IMG/VR virus record: IMGVR_UViG_2671180296_000001
Location: 1-6,697 of that record
Length of the DNA: 6,697 nt
Origin: a virus
Taxonomy: Duplodnaviria; Heunggongvirae; Uroviricota; Caudoviricetes
Direction: 5' to 3' (one strand)
The notes beneath the pieces were generated by a model. The model searched no databases, was not told the origin of the DNA, and saw only the letters and a list, made by a program, of their open reading frames with translations. Position numbers and translations under genes: made by a program. The stretch's first letter is position 1, and each line of letters opens with the position of its first letter. This document shows, piece after piece, positions 1 to 6,697 of this stretch.

Positions 1-752
1 TTAAGGGAAAAACCACCTCACAGTATCTGGCCTCGGTGGTGGTGGGTAACCTGCCGCCGCGCCCGTTCAATATACGGATGCGCAGGATGACGCCGGACAG
101 CACCACAGACCAGCTGCAGAACAAAACGCTCTGGTCGTCATACACCGAAATCATCGATGTGAAACAGGGCTACCCGAACACGGCACTGGTCGGCGTGCAG
201 GTGGATTCGGAGCAGTTCGGCAGCCAGCAGGTGAGCCGTAATTATCATCTGCGCGGGCGCATTCTGCAGGTGCCGTCGAACTATAACCCGCAGACGCGGC
301 AATACAGCGGTATCTGGGACGGAACGTTTAAGCCAGCATACAGCAACAACATGGCCTGGTGTCTGTGGGATATGCTGACCCATCCGCGCTACGGCATGGG
401 GAAACGTCTTGGTGCGGCGGATGTGGACAAATGGGCGCTGTATGTCATCGGCCAGCATTGCGATCAGTCGGTGCCGGACGGTTTTGGCGGCACGGAGCCG
501 CGCATCACCTGTAATGCGTACCTGACCACACAGCGCAAGGCGTGGGATGTGCTCAGTGATTTCTGCTCTGCGATGCGCTGTATGCCGGTATGGAACGGGC
601 AGACGCTGACGTTCGTGCAGGACCGACCGTCGGATAAGGTGTGGACCTATAACCGCAGTAATGTGGTGATGCCGGATGATGGTGCGCCGTTCCGCTACAG
701 CTTCAGCGCCCTGAAGGACCGCCATAATGCCGTTGAGGTGAAACTGGATTGA
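1..752 (+). CDS. J: Tail tip host-specificity protein J (lambda gpJ-like), internal segment; 5' end lies upstream of the window; frame ends at a premature TGA (750-752) after a 1-nt insertion
   Basis: Frame 0 is open from the window edge (first full codon at 3-5) and reads [76 protein letters not shown]...KDRHNAVEV, which matches the middle of lambda J as I recall it. Lambda continues ...[15 protein letters not shown]; here an AAA run at 741-743 (AA in lambda) shifts the frame. Confidence 0.85.
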   Translation, partial: KGKTTSQYLASVVVGNLPPRPFNIRMRRMTPDSTTDQLQNKTLWSSYTEIIDVKQGYPNTALVGVQVDSEQFGSQQVSRNYHLRGRILQVPSNYNPQTRQYSGIWDGTFKPAYSNNMAWCLWDMLTHPRYGMGKRLGAADVDKWALYVIGQHCDQSVPDGFGGTEPRITCNAYLTTQRKAWDVLSDFCSAMRCMPVWNGQTLTFVQDRPSDKVWTYNRSNVVMPDDGAPFRYSFSALKDRHNAVEVKLD

Positions 753-3241
753 CCCGAATAACGGCTGGGAGACGGCGACAGAGCTTGTGGAGGACACGCA
801 GGCCATTGCCCGTTACGGTCGTAACGTCACGAAGATGGATGCCTTTGGCTGTACCAGCCGGGGGCAGGCCACACCGCGCCGGGCTGTGGCTGATTAAAAC
901 AGAACTGCTGGAAACGCAGACCGTGGACTTCAGCGTGGGTGCCGAAGGGCTTCGCCATGTACCGGGCGATGTCATTGAAATCTGCGATGATGACTATGCC
1001 GGTATCCGCACCGGCGGGCGCGTGCTGGCGGTAAACAGCCAGACCCGGACGCTGACGCTCGACCGTGAAATCACGCTGCCATCTTCCGGCACCACGCTGA
1101 TAAGCCTGGTTGACGGGCAGGGGAGTCCGGTCAGCGTGGAGGTTCAGTCCGTCACCGACGGCGTGAAGGTGAAAGTGAGCCGTGTTCCTGATGGCGTTGC
1201 TGAATACAGCGTATGGGGGCTGAAGCTGCCGACGTTGCGCCAGCGCCTGTTCCGCTGCGTGAGTATCCGTGAGAACGACGACGGCACGTATGCCATCACT
1301 GCCGTGCAGCATGTACCGGAAAAAGAAGCCATCGTGGATAACGGGGCGCACTTTGACGGCGACCAGAGCGGCACGGTGAATGGTGTCACACCGCCAGCGG
1401 TGCAGCACCTTACCGCCGAAGTCACCGCAGACAGCGGGGAGTATCAGGTACTGGCCCGCTGGGACACGCCGAAGGTGGTGAAGGGCGTGAGCTTCATGCT
1501 TCGCCTGACCGTGGCAGCGGACGACGGCAGTGAGCGGCTGGTCAGCACAGCCCGGACGACGGAAACCACATACCGCTTCAGACAACTGGCGCTGGGGCGT
1601 TATATGCTGACGGTCCGGGCTGTAAATGCCCGGGGGCAGCAGGGTGATCCGGCGTCGGTATCGTTCCGGATTGCGGCACCGGCAGCGCCTGTCACTATTG
1701 AACTGATACCGGGGTATTTTCAGATAACGGCAGTCCCGCGTCTTGCGGTGTATGACCCGACGGTACAGTTTGAGTTCTGGTTCTCGGAAAAACGGATTGC
1801 TGATATCAGGCAGGTTGAAACCACAGCCCGCTATCTTGGCACGGCGCTGTACTGGATAGCTGCCAGTATTAATATCAGGCCGGGCCATGATTATTACTTT
1901 TATATCCGCAGTGTGAACATCGTCGGTAAATCAGCGTTTGTGGAAGCTGTCGGCCGGCCGGTTAATGATGCTGAGGTGTATCTCAATTTTTTTGAAGGGA
2001 AAATAAACAGCACCCTGCTGGGGCAGGAGCTGAACGATCGTATTAATGCCTCGGCATTGCGCAGTGAAGTTGAGCAACTGGAGGATGAGATCAATCAGCA
2101 GATAGAGAGTGATATTGCTGAAGTGACCCAAAAAATCGGGGAGACAGAAAACAGCCTCACACAGCTGGTTGCGAAAAAAAATGATGAGCTGTCACTGGGT
2201 ATATCACAGGTGAGCCAGAGAGTGGATAACGTCAGCAGCGAACTCACGCAGACGGTCAGTCAGAGTAATGAGGAGAATGCACGCCAGATAGCGCAGGTTC
2301 GCCAGTATGTGGATCAAAAAAGCAGTGAAATCATGACGACAACGGACCAGAAGCTGGGAGATCAGGAGGCCACCATCCAGCAGATACAAAAGGTTCAGAC
2401 GGACACCAGTAATAACCTGAACAGTATGTGGGCCGTGAAACTGCAGCAGATGCAGGATGGTCGCCTTTATATTGCGGGTATCGGTGCCGGTATTGAGAAC
2501 ACCCCTGACGGCATGCAGAGTCAGGTGCTGCTGGCGGCAGACAGGATTGCGATGATTAATCCTGCAAATGGCAACACAAAACCGATGTTTGTTGGTCAGG
2601 GTGATCAGATATTCATGAATGAAGTGTTCCTGAAATATCTGACGGCTCCCACCATTACCAGCGGCGGTAATCCTCCTGCATTTTCCCTGACACCGGACGG
2701 AAAGCTGACCGCTAAAAATGCCGATATCAGCGGTAACGTGAATGCGAACTCCGGGACGCTCAACAACGTCACGATAAATGAGAACTGTCAGATTAAGGGG
2801 AAACTGTCAGCCAATCAGATTGAAGGCGATATTGTCAAAACGGTGGGAAAATCCTTTCCGAGAAATGGCAGTTATGCCAGCGGTACAATAACGGTCACTG
2901 TGTACGATGACCAGGCTTTTGACCGTCAGATAGTAATCCCACCCGTTCTGTTTCGCGGTGGTAAGCATGAAAACTTTAACAGCAACAACCAACAGTCATA
3001 CTGGTACTCAACCTGTAAGCTGCAGGTGCTGAAGAACGGACAGGAAATCTTTCAGCAACCCGCGACGGATGTCAGCAGGGTATTTTCATCTGTCATCGAT
3101 ATGCCTGCCGGACACGGGCATGTCACCCTGACTTTCAATGTTTCTTCATATGGTGCTAATAACTGGACGCCAACGACCAGTATCAGCGACCTTCTTGTTG
3201 TCGTGATGAAGAAATCAACAGCCGGTATCAGTATCAGCTGA
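749..3241 (+). CDS. J: Host-specificity protein J, continuation and C-terminal receptor-binding region (frameshift-interrupted; the ORF-track start at 749 is a TTG and not a real start)
   Basis: From about 872 this frame reads [45 protein letters not shown]...[47 protein letters not shown]..., near-colinear with lambda J. Between 748 and 870 the J-homologous reading ([41 protein letters not shown]) is in the third frame. After about residue [13 protein letters not shown] the protein diverges into a long coiled-coil and a different C-terminal domain, ending at TGA 3239-3241. Confidence 0.85.
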   Translation: MTRITAGRRRQSLWRTRRPLPVTVVTSRRWMPLAVPAGGRPHRAGLWLIKTELLETQTVDFSVGAEGLRHVPGDVIEICDDDYAGIRTGGRVLAVNSQTRTLTLDREITLPSSGTTLISLVDGQGSPVSVEVQSVTDGVKVKVSRVPDGVAEYSVWGLKLPTLRQRLFRCVSIRENDDGTYAITAVQHVPEKEAIVDNGAHFDGDQSGTVNGVTPPAVQHLTAEVTADSGEYQVLARWDTPKVVKGVSFMLRLTVAADDGSERLVSTARTTETTYRFRQLALGRYMLTVRAVNARGQQGDPASVSFRIAAPAAPVTIELIPGYFQITAVPRLAVYDPTVQFEFWFSEKRIADIRQVETTARYLGTALYWIAASINIRPGHDYYFYIRSVNIVGKSAFVEAVGRPVNDAEVYLNFFEGKINSTLLGQELNDRINASALRSEVEQLEDEINQQIESDIAEVTQKIGETENSLTQLVAKKNDELSLGISQVSQRVDNVSSELTQTVSQSNEENARQIAQVRQYVDQKSSEIMTTTDQKLGDQEATIQQIQKVQTDTSNNLNSMWAVKLQQMQDGRLYIAGIGAGIENTPDGMQSQVLLAADRIAMINPANGNTKPMFVGQGDQIFMNEVFLKYLTAPTITSGGNPPAFSLTPDGKLTAKNADISGNVNANSGTLNNVTINENCQIKGKLSANQIEGDIVKTVGKSFPRNGSYASGTITVTVYDDQAFDRQIVIPPVLFRGGKHENFNSNNQQSYWYSTCKLQVLKNGQEIFQQPATDVSRVFSSVIDMPAGHGHVTLTFNVSSYGANNWTPTTSISDLLVVVMKKSTAGISIS

Positions 3242-3258
3242 ATTTTATAACCCCAATA

Positions 3259-3286
3259 CGGGCGCCAGAAATGGCGCTTTTTTATT
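3259..3286 (+). terminator. Rho-independent terminator downstream of J
   Basis: Stem GCGCC (3262-3266) pairs with GGCGC (3273-3277) around loop AGAAAT, followed by TTTTTT (3278-3283), 18 nt after the J stop. Confidence 0.65.
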
Positions 3287-3307
3287 GCAGAAAAGCGAGA
3301 GGTAATT

Positions 3308-3907
3308 ATGCGTAAATTATGTGCTGTTATTCTGTCTGCAGTAGTCTGGCTGGTCGCCGCTGGTACGCCAGCGAGTGCAGCAGAGCATCAGTCCACACTA
3401 AGCGGCGGGTATCTTCAGTCCCATACTGATATGCCCGGAAACGATGACCTGAAGGGCATTAACGTGAAATACCGTTATGAGTTTACGGACACGCTGGGGC
3501 TGGTGACGTCATTCAGCTATGCAGGAGACAAGAATCGCCAGCTGACCCGTTACAGTGATACCCGCTGGCATGAAGATTCCGTTCGTAACCGCTGGTTCAG
3601 CGTAATGGCGGGGCCGTCTGTGCGCGTGAATGAATGGTTCAGCGCGTATGCGATGGCGGGTGTGGCTTACAGCCGTGTGTCGACTTTCTCCGGGGATTAT
3701 CTCCGCGTAACTGACAACAAGGGGAAAACGCACGATGTGCTGACCGGAAGTGATGACGGTCGCCACAGCAACACGTCTCTGGCGTGGGGGGCTGGCGTGC
3801 AGTTTAACCCGACCGAATCCGTGGCCATTGATATTGCTTATGAAGGCTCCGGCAGTGGTGACTGGCGCACTGACGGTTTCATCGTGGGTGTCGGTTATAA
3901 ATTCTGA
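3308..3907 (+). CDS. lom: Lom-like outer membrane protein (Ail/Lom family 8-strand beta-barrel; lambda 'moron' gene)
   Basis: ATG at 3308 is preceded by GAGAGG (3297-3302). The N-terminus MRKLCAVILSAVVWLVAAGTPASA is a signal peptide. The C-terminal half ...GINVKYRYE...SVMAGP...SAYAMAGVA...IDIAYEGSGSGDWRTDGFIVGVGYKF matches lambda Lom as I recall it, including the terminal aromatic residue typical of beta-barrel OMPs. Position directly after J is as in lambda. Confidence 0.9.
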   Translation: MRKLCAVILSAVVWLVAAGTPASAAEHQSTLSGGYLQSHTDMPGNDDLKGINVKYRYEFTDTLGLVTSFSYAGDKNRQLTRYSDTRWHEDSVRNRWFSVMAGPSVRVNEWFSAYAMAGVAYSRVSTFSGDYLRVTDNKGKTHDVLTGSDDGRHSNTSLAWGAGVQFNPTESVAIDIAYEGSGSGDWRTDGFIVGVGYKF

Positions 3908-3933
3908 TTAGCCAGGTAACACAGTGTTATGAC

Positions 3934-3960
3934 AGCCCGCCGGTTCAGGCGGGCTTTTTT
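3934..3960 (+). terminator. Rho-independent terminator downstream of lom
   Basis: Perfect 8-bp stem AGCCCGCC (3934-3941) / GGCGGGCT (3948-3955) with loop GGTTCA, running into a T6 tract (3955-3960). Confidence 0.8.
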
Positions 3961-3971
3961 GTGGGGTGAAT

Positions 3972-4982
3972 ATGACAGTAAAGATTTCAGGTGTCCTGAA
4001 GGACGGAGCGGGTGAGCCTGTCGTAAACTGTGCGATTGAATTGCGTGCCAGAAGAACCAGTCCGACAGTTGTGGTTAATATTGTGGCAACCTGTCTTACG
4101 GGAAGTGATGGCGGGTATACTATTAATGCTGAGCCGGGATTTTATGATGTATTTTTGTCCCGCTCAGGGCATCCTCCTGTAAAGGCGGGGGAAATTTATG
4201 TTGCACCGACAGATGAGCCGGATACGCTGAATGCTTTTCTGGATGCACCAAAGGAGGGTGATTTACGCCCTGAGGTAATGAAGCGTTTTGAGGAAATGGT
4301 AAATACCGTTGTTCGCTTGTCTGAGCAGGTGGTCAGTGACAGGGAGAGAGCAGAAACAGCGGCTGATGATGCAATCAATGCAGCAACATCTGCGGCGGTT
4401 AGTAAGGATGAGGCAGAAGAGCTAAAAAATCAGACACAGCAGAGCGCCGAAGCTGCAGCCGGAAACGCACAGCAGACCGCGCAGGATGTGGAGGCAACGG
4501 TCACCGCCCGTGATGATGCGGAACGTTTTGCGGGTGAGGCAGAAAACAGCGCACAGACATCAGGCACAGCGCGGGACGAATCAGTCGATGCCGCCGAACG
4601 TGCCCGCCTTTATCATAATGCCGCATCATCAGCTGCAACCAGCGCGGAAAATGCAGCAAATGCTGCACTCGGGCATGAAAATAACGCTGCCGAATACGCC
4701 CGACAGGCTAAAGACAGCCAGGATGCAGGTGCAGACAATGCGCAGGAAGCGAAACAGTACAGGGATGAGGCGCAGCAGATAGTTGATGACCTGAATGCAA
4801 CAAATGCCAGCACGACAGAAAAAGGTCTGGTGCAACTGTGTAGTGATACGGACAACGACAGCGATGAACTGGCTGCCACGCCAAAGGCTGTCAAAGCCGT
4901 CATGGACGAAACGAAAACAAAAAGCGCCACTGGACAGCCCGGCCTTCACCGGCACCCCAACCACCCCAACCCCACCGGATGA
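3972..4982 (+). CDS. stf: Side tail fibre protein Stf, N-terminal segment (frame 0); frame is lost near 4914-4923 and runs out of frame to TGA 4980-4982
   Basis: MTVKISGVLKDGAGEPVVNCAIELRARRTSPTVVVN... matches the lambda Stf N-terminus (MAVKISGVLKDGTGKPV...) as I recall it. The ORF-track start at 3966 is GTG; the ATG at 3972 aligns with the lambda start. An Ala/Gln/Glu-rich shaft region follows, then ...TEKGLVQLCSDTDNDSDELAATPKAVKAVMDET, the conserved Stf motif. The tail after 4923 (SATGQPGLHRHPNHPNPTG) is out-of-frame translation. Confidence 0.85.
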   Translation: MTVKISGVLKDGAGEPVVNCAIELRARRTSPTVVVNIVATCLTGSDGGYTINAEPGFYDVFLSRSGHPPVKAGEIYVAPTDEPDTLNAFLDAPKEGDLRPEVMKRFEEMVNTVVRLSEQVVSDRERAETAADDAINAATSAAVSKDEAEELKNQTQQSAEAAAGNAQQTAQDVEATVTARDDAERFAGEAENSAQTSGTARDESVDAAERARLYHNAASSAATSAENAANAALGHENNAAEYARQAKDSQDAGADNAQEAKQYRDEAQQIVDDLNATNASTTEKGLVQLCSDTDNDSDELAATPKAVKAVMDETKTKSATGQPGLHRHPNHPNPTG

Positions 4983-5346
4983 TGCCGCCGGTCTGGAAGC
5001 AGCGAACGCAGCGTTTGTGCGCAAACTGCTTGCTGCGCTGGTTGGCTCATCGCCGGAAGTTCTGGACACCCTGAACGAGCTGGCAGCGGCGCTGGGCAAT
5101 GACCCGAACTTTGCGACCTCAATGATGAATGCGCTGGCAGGCAAACAACCGCTTAATGACGTCTTAACGGCAATCAGCGCACTGACGCAACGGGCAGATA
5201 ATCTTCTGTACTTCAATACAGACGGGAATGCCTCACTGTCTCTGCTGTCAGAGAAGGGCCGCGCATTACTGGCGCATGACACGGCTGAAGCCATGCGCAC
5301 GGAGCTTGAGCTGAACGCGGCCTGCGACGATGGAACCCCAGAGTGA
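4795..5346 (+). CDS. stf: Side tail fibre protein Stf, second segment (frame 1); homology-supported only from about 4905 onward
   Basis: From about 4921 this frame reads KAPLDSPAFTGTPTTPTPPDDAAGLEAANAAFVRKLLAALVGSSPEVLDTLNELAAALGNDPNFATSMMNALAGKQPLN..., colinear with lambda Stf (KAPLDSPALTGTPTAPT...NTLNELAAALGNDPDFATTMTNALAGKQP). The ORF-track portion 4795-4900 is an overlapping out-of-frame read. Ends at TGA 5344-5346 just after a CCCC run (5336-5339). Confidence 0.75.
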   Translation: MQQMPARQKKVWCNCVVIRTTTAMNWLPRQRLSKPSWTKRKQKAPLDSPAFTGTPTTPTPPDDAAGLEAANAAFVRKLLAALVGSSPEVLDTLNELAAALGNDPNFATSMMNALAGKQPLNDVLTAISALTQRADNLLYFNTDGNASLSLLSEKGRALLAHDTAEAMRTELELNAACDDGTPE

Positions 5347-5950
5347 TATCCGTGACGCACACCGGGCAGGCTGGCCCCTGTCCGGGATGTATGGGTTTGG
5401 ACAGGCATTCACCAGAGCCGAAGCTCTGTCATTTAACGGACAGGCTGATTTCGTTATATGGCTGCAGACAGTCACACCGGGGCGTTATGCGGTCAGTATT
5501 GCGGACTCTTCCACGCTGCTGAAGGGGACCACGAAATTTAACGGTATCATTGATGTGATGTGGTCACCGTCTGATAACGACGAATCAGACACGGCGCGTA
5601 AATTCAAAACGCTGCTGTACTACAACCAGTATTACGAGGATGAGCACAACATACATTGCATGCGTTATCATTACAGTGATAACACCTGGACCGCAACATC
5701 AAACATGATTGTGTATGACGGCAACTCCCTGGCATATCTGATGTCCTCAACCGCCGGTAATGGTCCGTTCTCATATTACCAATACCCGGCACTTGGCGTG
5801 CCGATTATGGCGGTATATCAGGGAGAAAGTTTTGGTGAAAATGCTTCTCTGGGACTCGGTGATACTGTGCCGGGTTCCCGTCTTGGTCCTCTGGCCATGA
5901 GTGCACGGTTAGTGATACAGGGACATACGCATCCTCACCGCAGGTTGTGA
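5330..5950 (+). CDS. stf: Side tail fibre protein Stf, third segment (frame 2): distal, putative receptor-binding part
   Basis: Long open frame with protein-like composition (…GQAFTRAEALSFNGQADFVIWLQTVTPGRYAVSIADSSTLLKGTTKFNGIIDVMWSPSD…YQGESFGENASLGLGDTVPG). Removing one C from the CCCC run at 5336-5339 joins it in-frame to the previous segment (…AACDDGTQSDIRDAHRAGWPLSGMYG…). The last residues (…QGHTHPHRRL) look out of frame. Confidence 0.65.
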   Translation: MEPQSDIRDAHRAGWPLSGMYGFGQAFTRAEALSFNGQADFVIWLQTVTPGRYAVSIADSSTLLKGTTKFNGIIDVMWSPSDNDESDTARKFKTLLYYNQYYEDEHNIHCMRYHYSDNTWTATSNMIVYDGNSLAYLMSSTAGNGPFSYYQYPALGVPIMAVYQGESFGENASLGLGDTVPGSRLGPLAMSARLVIQGHTHPHRRL

Positions 5951-6063
5951 TTGGCGGTGCCGGTGAATACAACTTCCCCGGTCGTTACACGGCGCTTTCT
6001 GGCCTGGGTAACAATTATGGTACTCAGCGTGGCTTTATCGGTCTTTTTGTACGCATTGAGTAA
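5863..6063 (+). CDS. stf: Side tail fibre protein Stf, probable C-terminal segment (frame 1, no start codon of its own)
   Basis: Frame 1 is open from 5863 to TAA 6061-6063 and reads …TVSDTGTYASSPQVVIGGAGEYNFPGRYTALSGLGNNYGTQRGFIGLFVRIE, which is protein-like, whereas frame 2 ends in …HTHPHRRL. Adding one G to the GGG run at 5920-5922 would join the two. The next gene's RBS and ATG follow immediately. Confidence 0.5.
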   Translation, partial: YCAGFPSWSSGHECTVSDTGTYASSPQVVIGGAGEYNFPGRYTALSGLGNNYGTQRGFIGLFVRIE

Positions 6064-6077
6064 TGAGGAAATCAGGC

Positions 6078-6649
6078 ATGAAAATCAGAGCGGTGAAAGG
6101 TATCAGAAACGCACATTATCTTGAAAATGGTGCGGTTGACTGCGAGGTGTTATTTGAAGGTGAAACGAGTTCGTCCTGTATACCGCCATACAGGATGATA
6201 TGGCCCCGACAGGCCAGCATGTCTGGCAGGAGCTGCAAAGCGGGAAATGGGGCGAAATCGCCCCGTTCACCGTCACGCCGGAACTTATTGCAGCGGCAAA
6301 GGATGCCAAAAGGCGGGAAATTGAGGCATGGCGAGACAGTCAGGAAAACGTTGAGTTTATTTTCACGTTTGATGGCCGTCGTTTTGATGGCGGAAAAACC
6401 TCGCAGTCACGCCTTGCCCCCGTGGTTGCAACAGCACAGGCCGGACTGCTTCCGGAGGGTTTTTTCTGGACTGATGCGGATAATAACAACGTCGTACTGA
6501 CCAGGGAGAAACTTATTGCGCTGAACGATGCCATGATGGTGGCCATGGTGACGGAGGGTTTTAAAATCCACGAACGTCAGCGGGAGATGAAAGAAGTGTT
6601 AAACACTCTGGAGGATTTAGGTGAGATACGAGCATTTAATGTTGAGTAA
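6078..6649 (+). CDS. Small conserved prophage protein immediately downstream of stf (tail-fibre-assembly position; function unknown); interrupted by a 1-nt frameshift near 6165-6170
   Basis: RBS GAGGA (6066-6070) sits 7 nt upstream of ATG 6078. Frame 0 reads MKIRAVKGIRNAHYLENGAVDCEVLFEGET, then degenerates into Arg/Ser-rich low-complexity text. Frame 2 opens at 6164 and reads NEFVLYTAIQDDMAPTGQHVWQELQSGKWGEIAPFTVTPELIAAAKDAKRREIEAWRDSQENVEFIFTFDGRRFDGG…LGEIRAFNVE up to TAA 6647-6649. The ORF-track entries 6063-6500 and 6200-6649 are the two halves of this one gene. It does not resemble lambda Tfa as I recall it. Confidence 0.6.
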
Positions 6650-6697
6650 CGAATAGATTGCAGTGAGTGTTTTTGGTATCTGAAAAACGAAGCTCCG

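Noticed and set aside
735-880. Programmed ribosomal frameshifting as an explanation for the frame changes
   Set aside because: None of the six sites has a slippery heptamer (X XXY YYZ) or a downstream stimulatory structure, lambda J is not known to use frameshifting, and the shifts go in both directions; the known lambda tail frameshift is in G/GT, outside this window.
827-1888. 353-aa ORF on the minus strand (also 138-806, 703-975 and 1144-1425 minus)
   Set aside because: They lie entirely antisense to the strongly supported, GC-rich J coding sequence, have Arg/Pro/Ala-rich compositions typical of antisense reads of GC-rich genes, and have no RBS or homology support.
3242-3307. A lom promoter in the J-lom intergenic region
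   Set aside because: Only about 20 nt separate the terminator T-tract from the RBS, too short for -35/-10 elements downstream of the hairpin; the TATAA-like string at 3246-3250 is upstream of the terminator, so a promoter call is not supportable from sequence alone.
3966-3971. GTG at 3966 as the stf start (ORF-track start)
   Set aside because: The ATG at 3972 gives MTVKISGVLKDG, which aligns with the lambda Stf N-terminus (MAVKISGVLKDG) and has better spacing from the G-rich Shine-Dalgarno-like stretch.
4629-5408. 259-aa minus-strand ORF, plus 4613-4930 (-) and 4486-4782 (+), overlapping stf
   Set aside because: They are antisense or out-of-frame reads of the Ala-rich Stf shaft region, where GCN-rich codons leave every frame open; their Ser/Ala/Arg-rich products look non-native.
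6063-6077. ATG at 6063 as the start of the downstream gene (ORF-track start, MRKSGMKIR…)
   Set aside because: It overlaps the stf stop codon and has no RBS; the ATG at 6078 sits 7 nt downstream of GAGGA and is the likelier start.
1-6697. CRISPR arrays, tRNA/rRNA genes, IS elements, integrase or att sites, toxin-antitoxin or other defence-system genes
   Set aside because: I saw no direct-repeat/spacer periodicity, no tRNA-like structures and no transposase or recombinase-like reading frames; the forward strand is almost fully occupied by the J-lom-stf module, leaving no unexplained coding capacity.

Overview
This window is the host-range end of a lambda-like (lambdoid) tail gene cluster, all on the + strand; I found no novel defence or other undescribed system. 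The genes are: the 3' ~3.2 kb of the tail tip host-specificity gene J (5' end outside the window), a lom-type Ail/Lom outer-membrane protein gene bracketed by two intrinsic terminators, a side tail fibre gene (stf-like, about 3972-6063), and a small tail-fibre-adjacent gene (6078-6649). The notable feature is that J, stf and the small gene are broken by six single-base indels, at least five of them in short homopolymer runs, in otherwise well-conserved sequence. This points to homopolymer sequencing or assembly error, or to a decaying cryptic prophage; the sequence alone cannot decide. The only candidates for new biology are the divergent receptor-binding modules (J C-terminus, Stf distal tip) and the unidentified small downstream protein. 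All homology statements rest on my recollection of phage lambda J, Lom and Stf, not on a database search.
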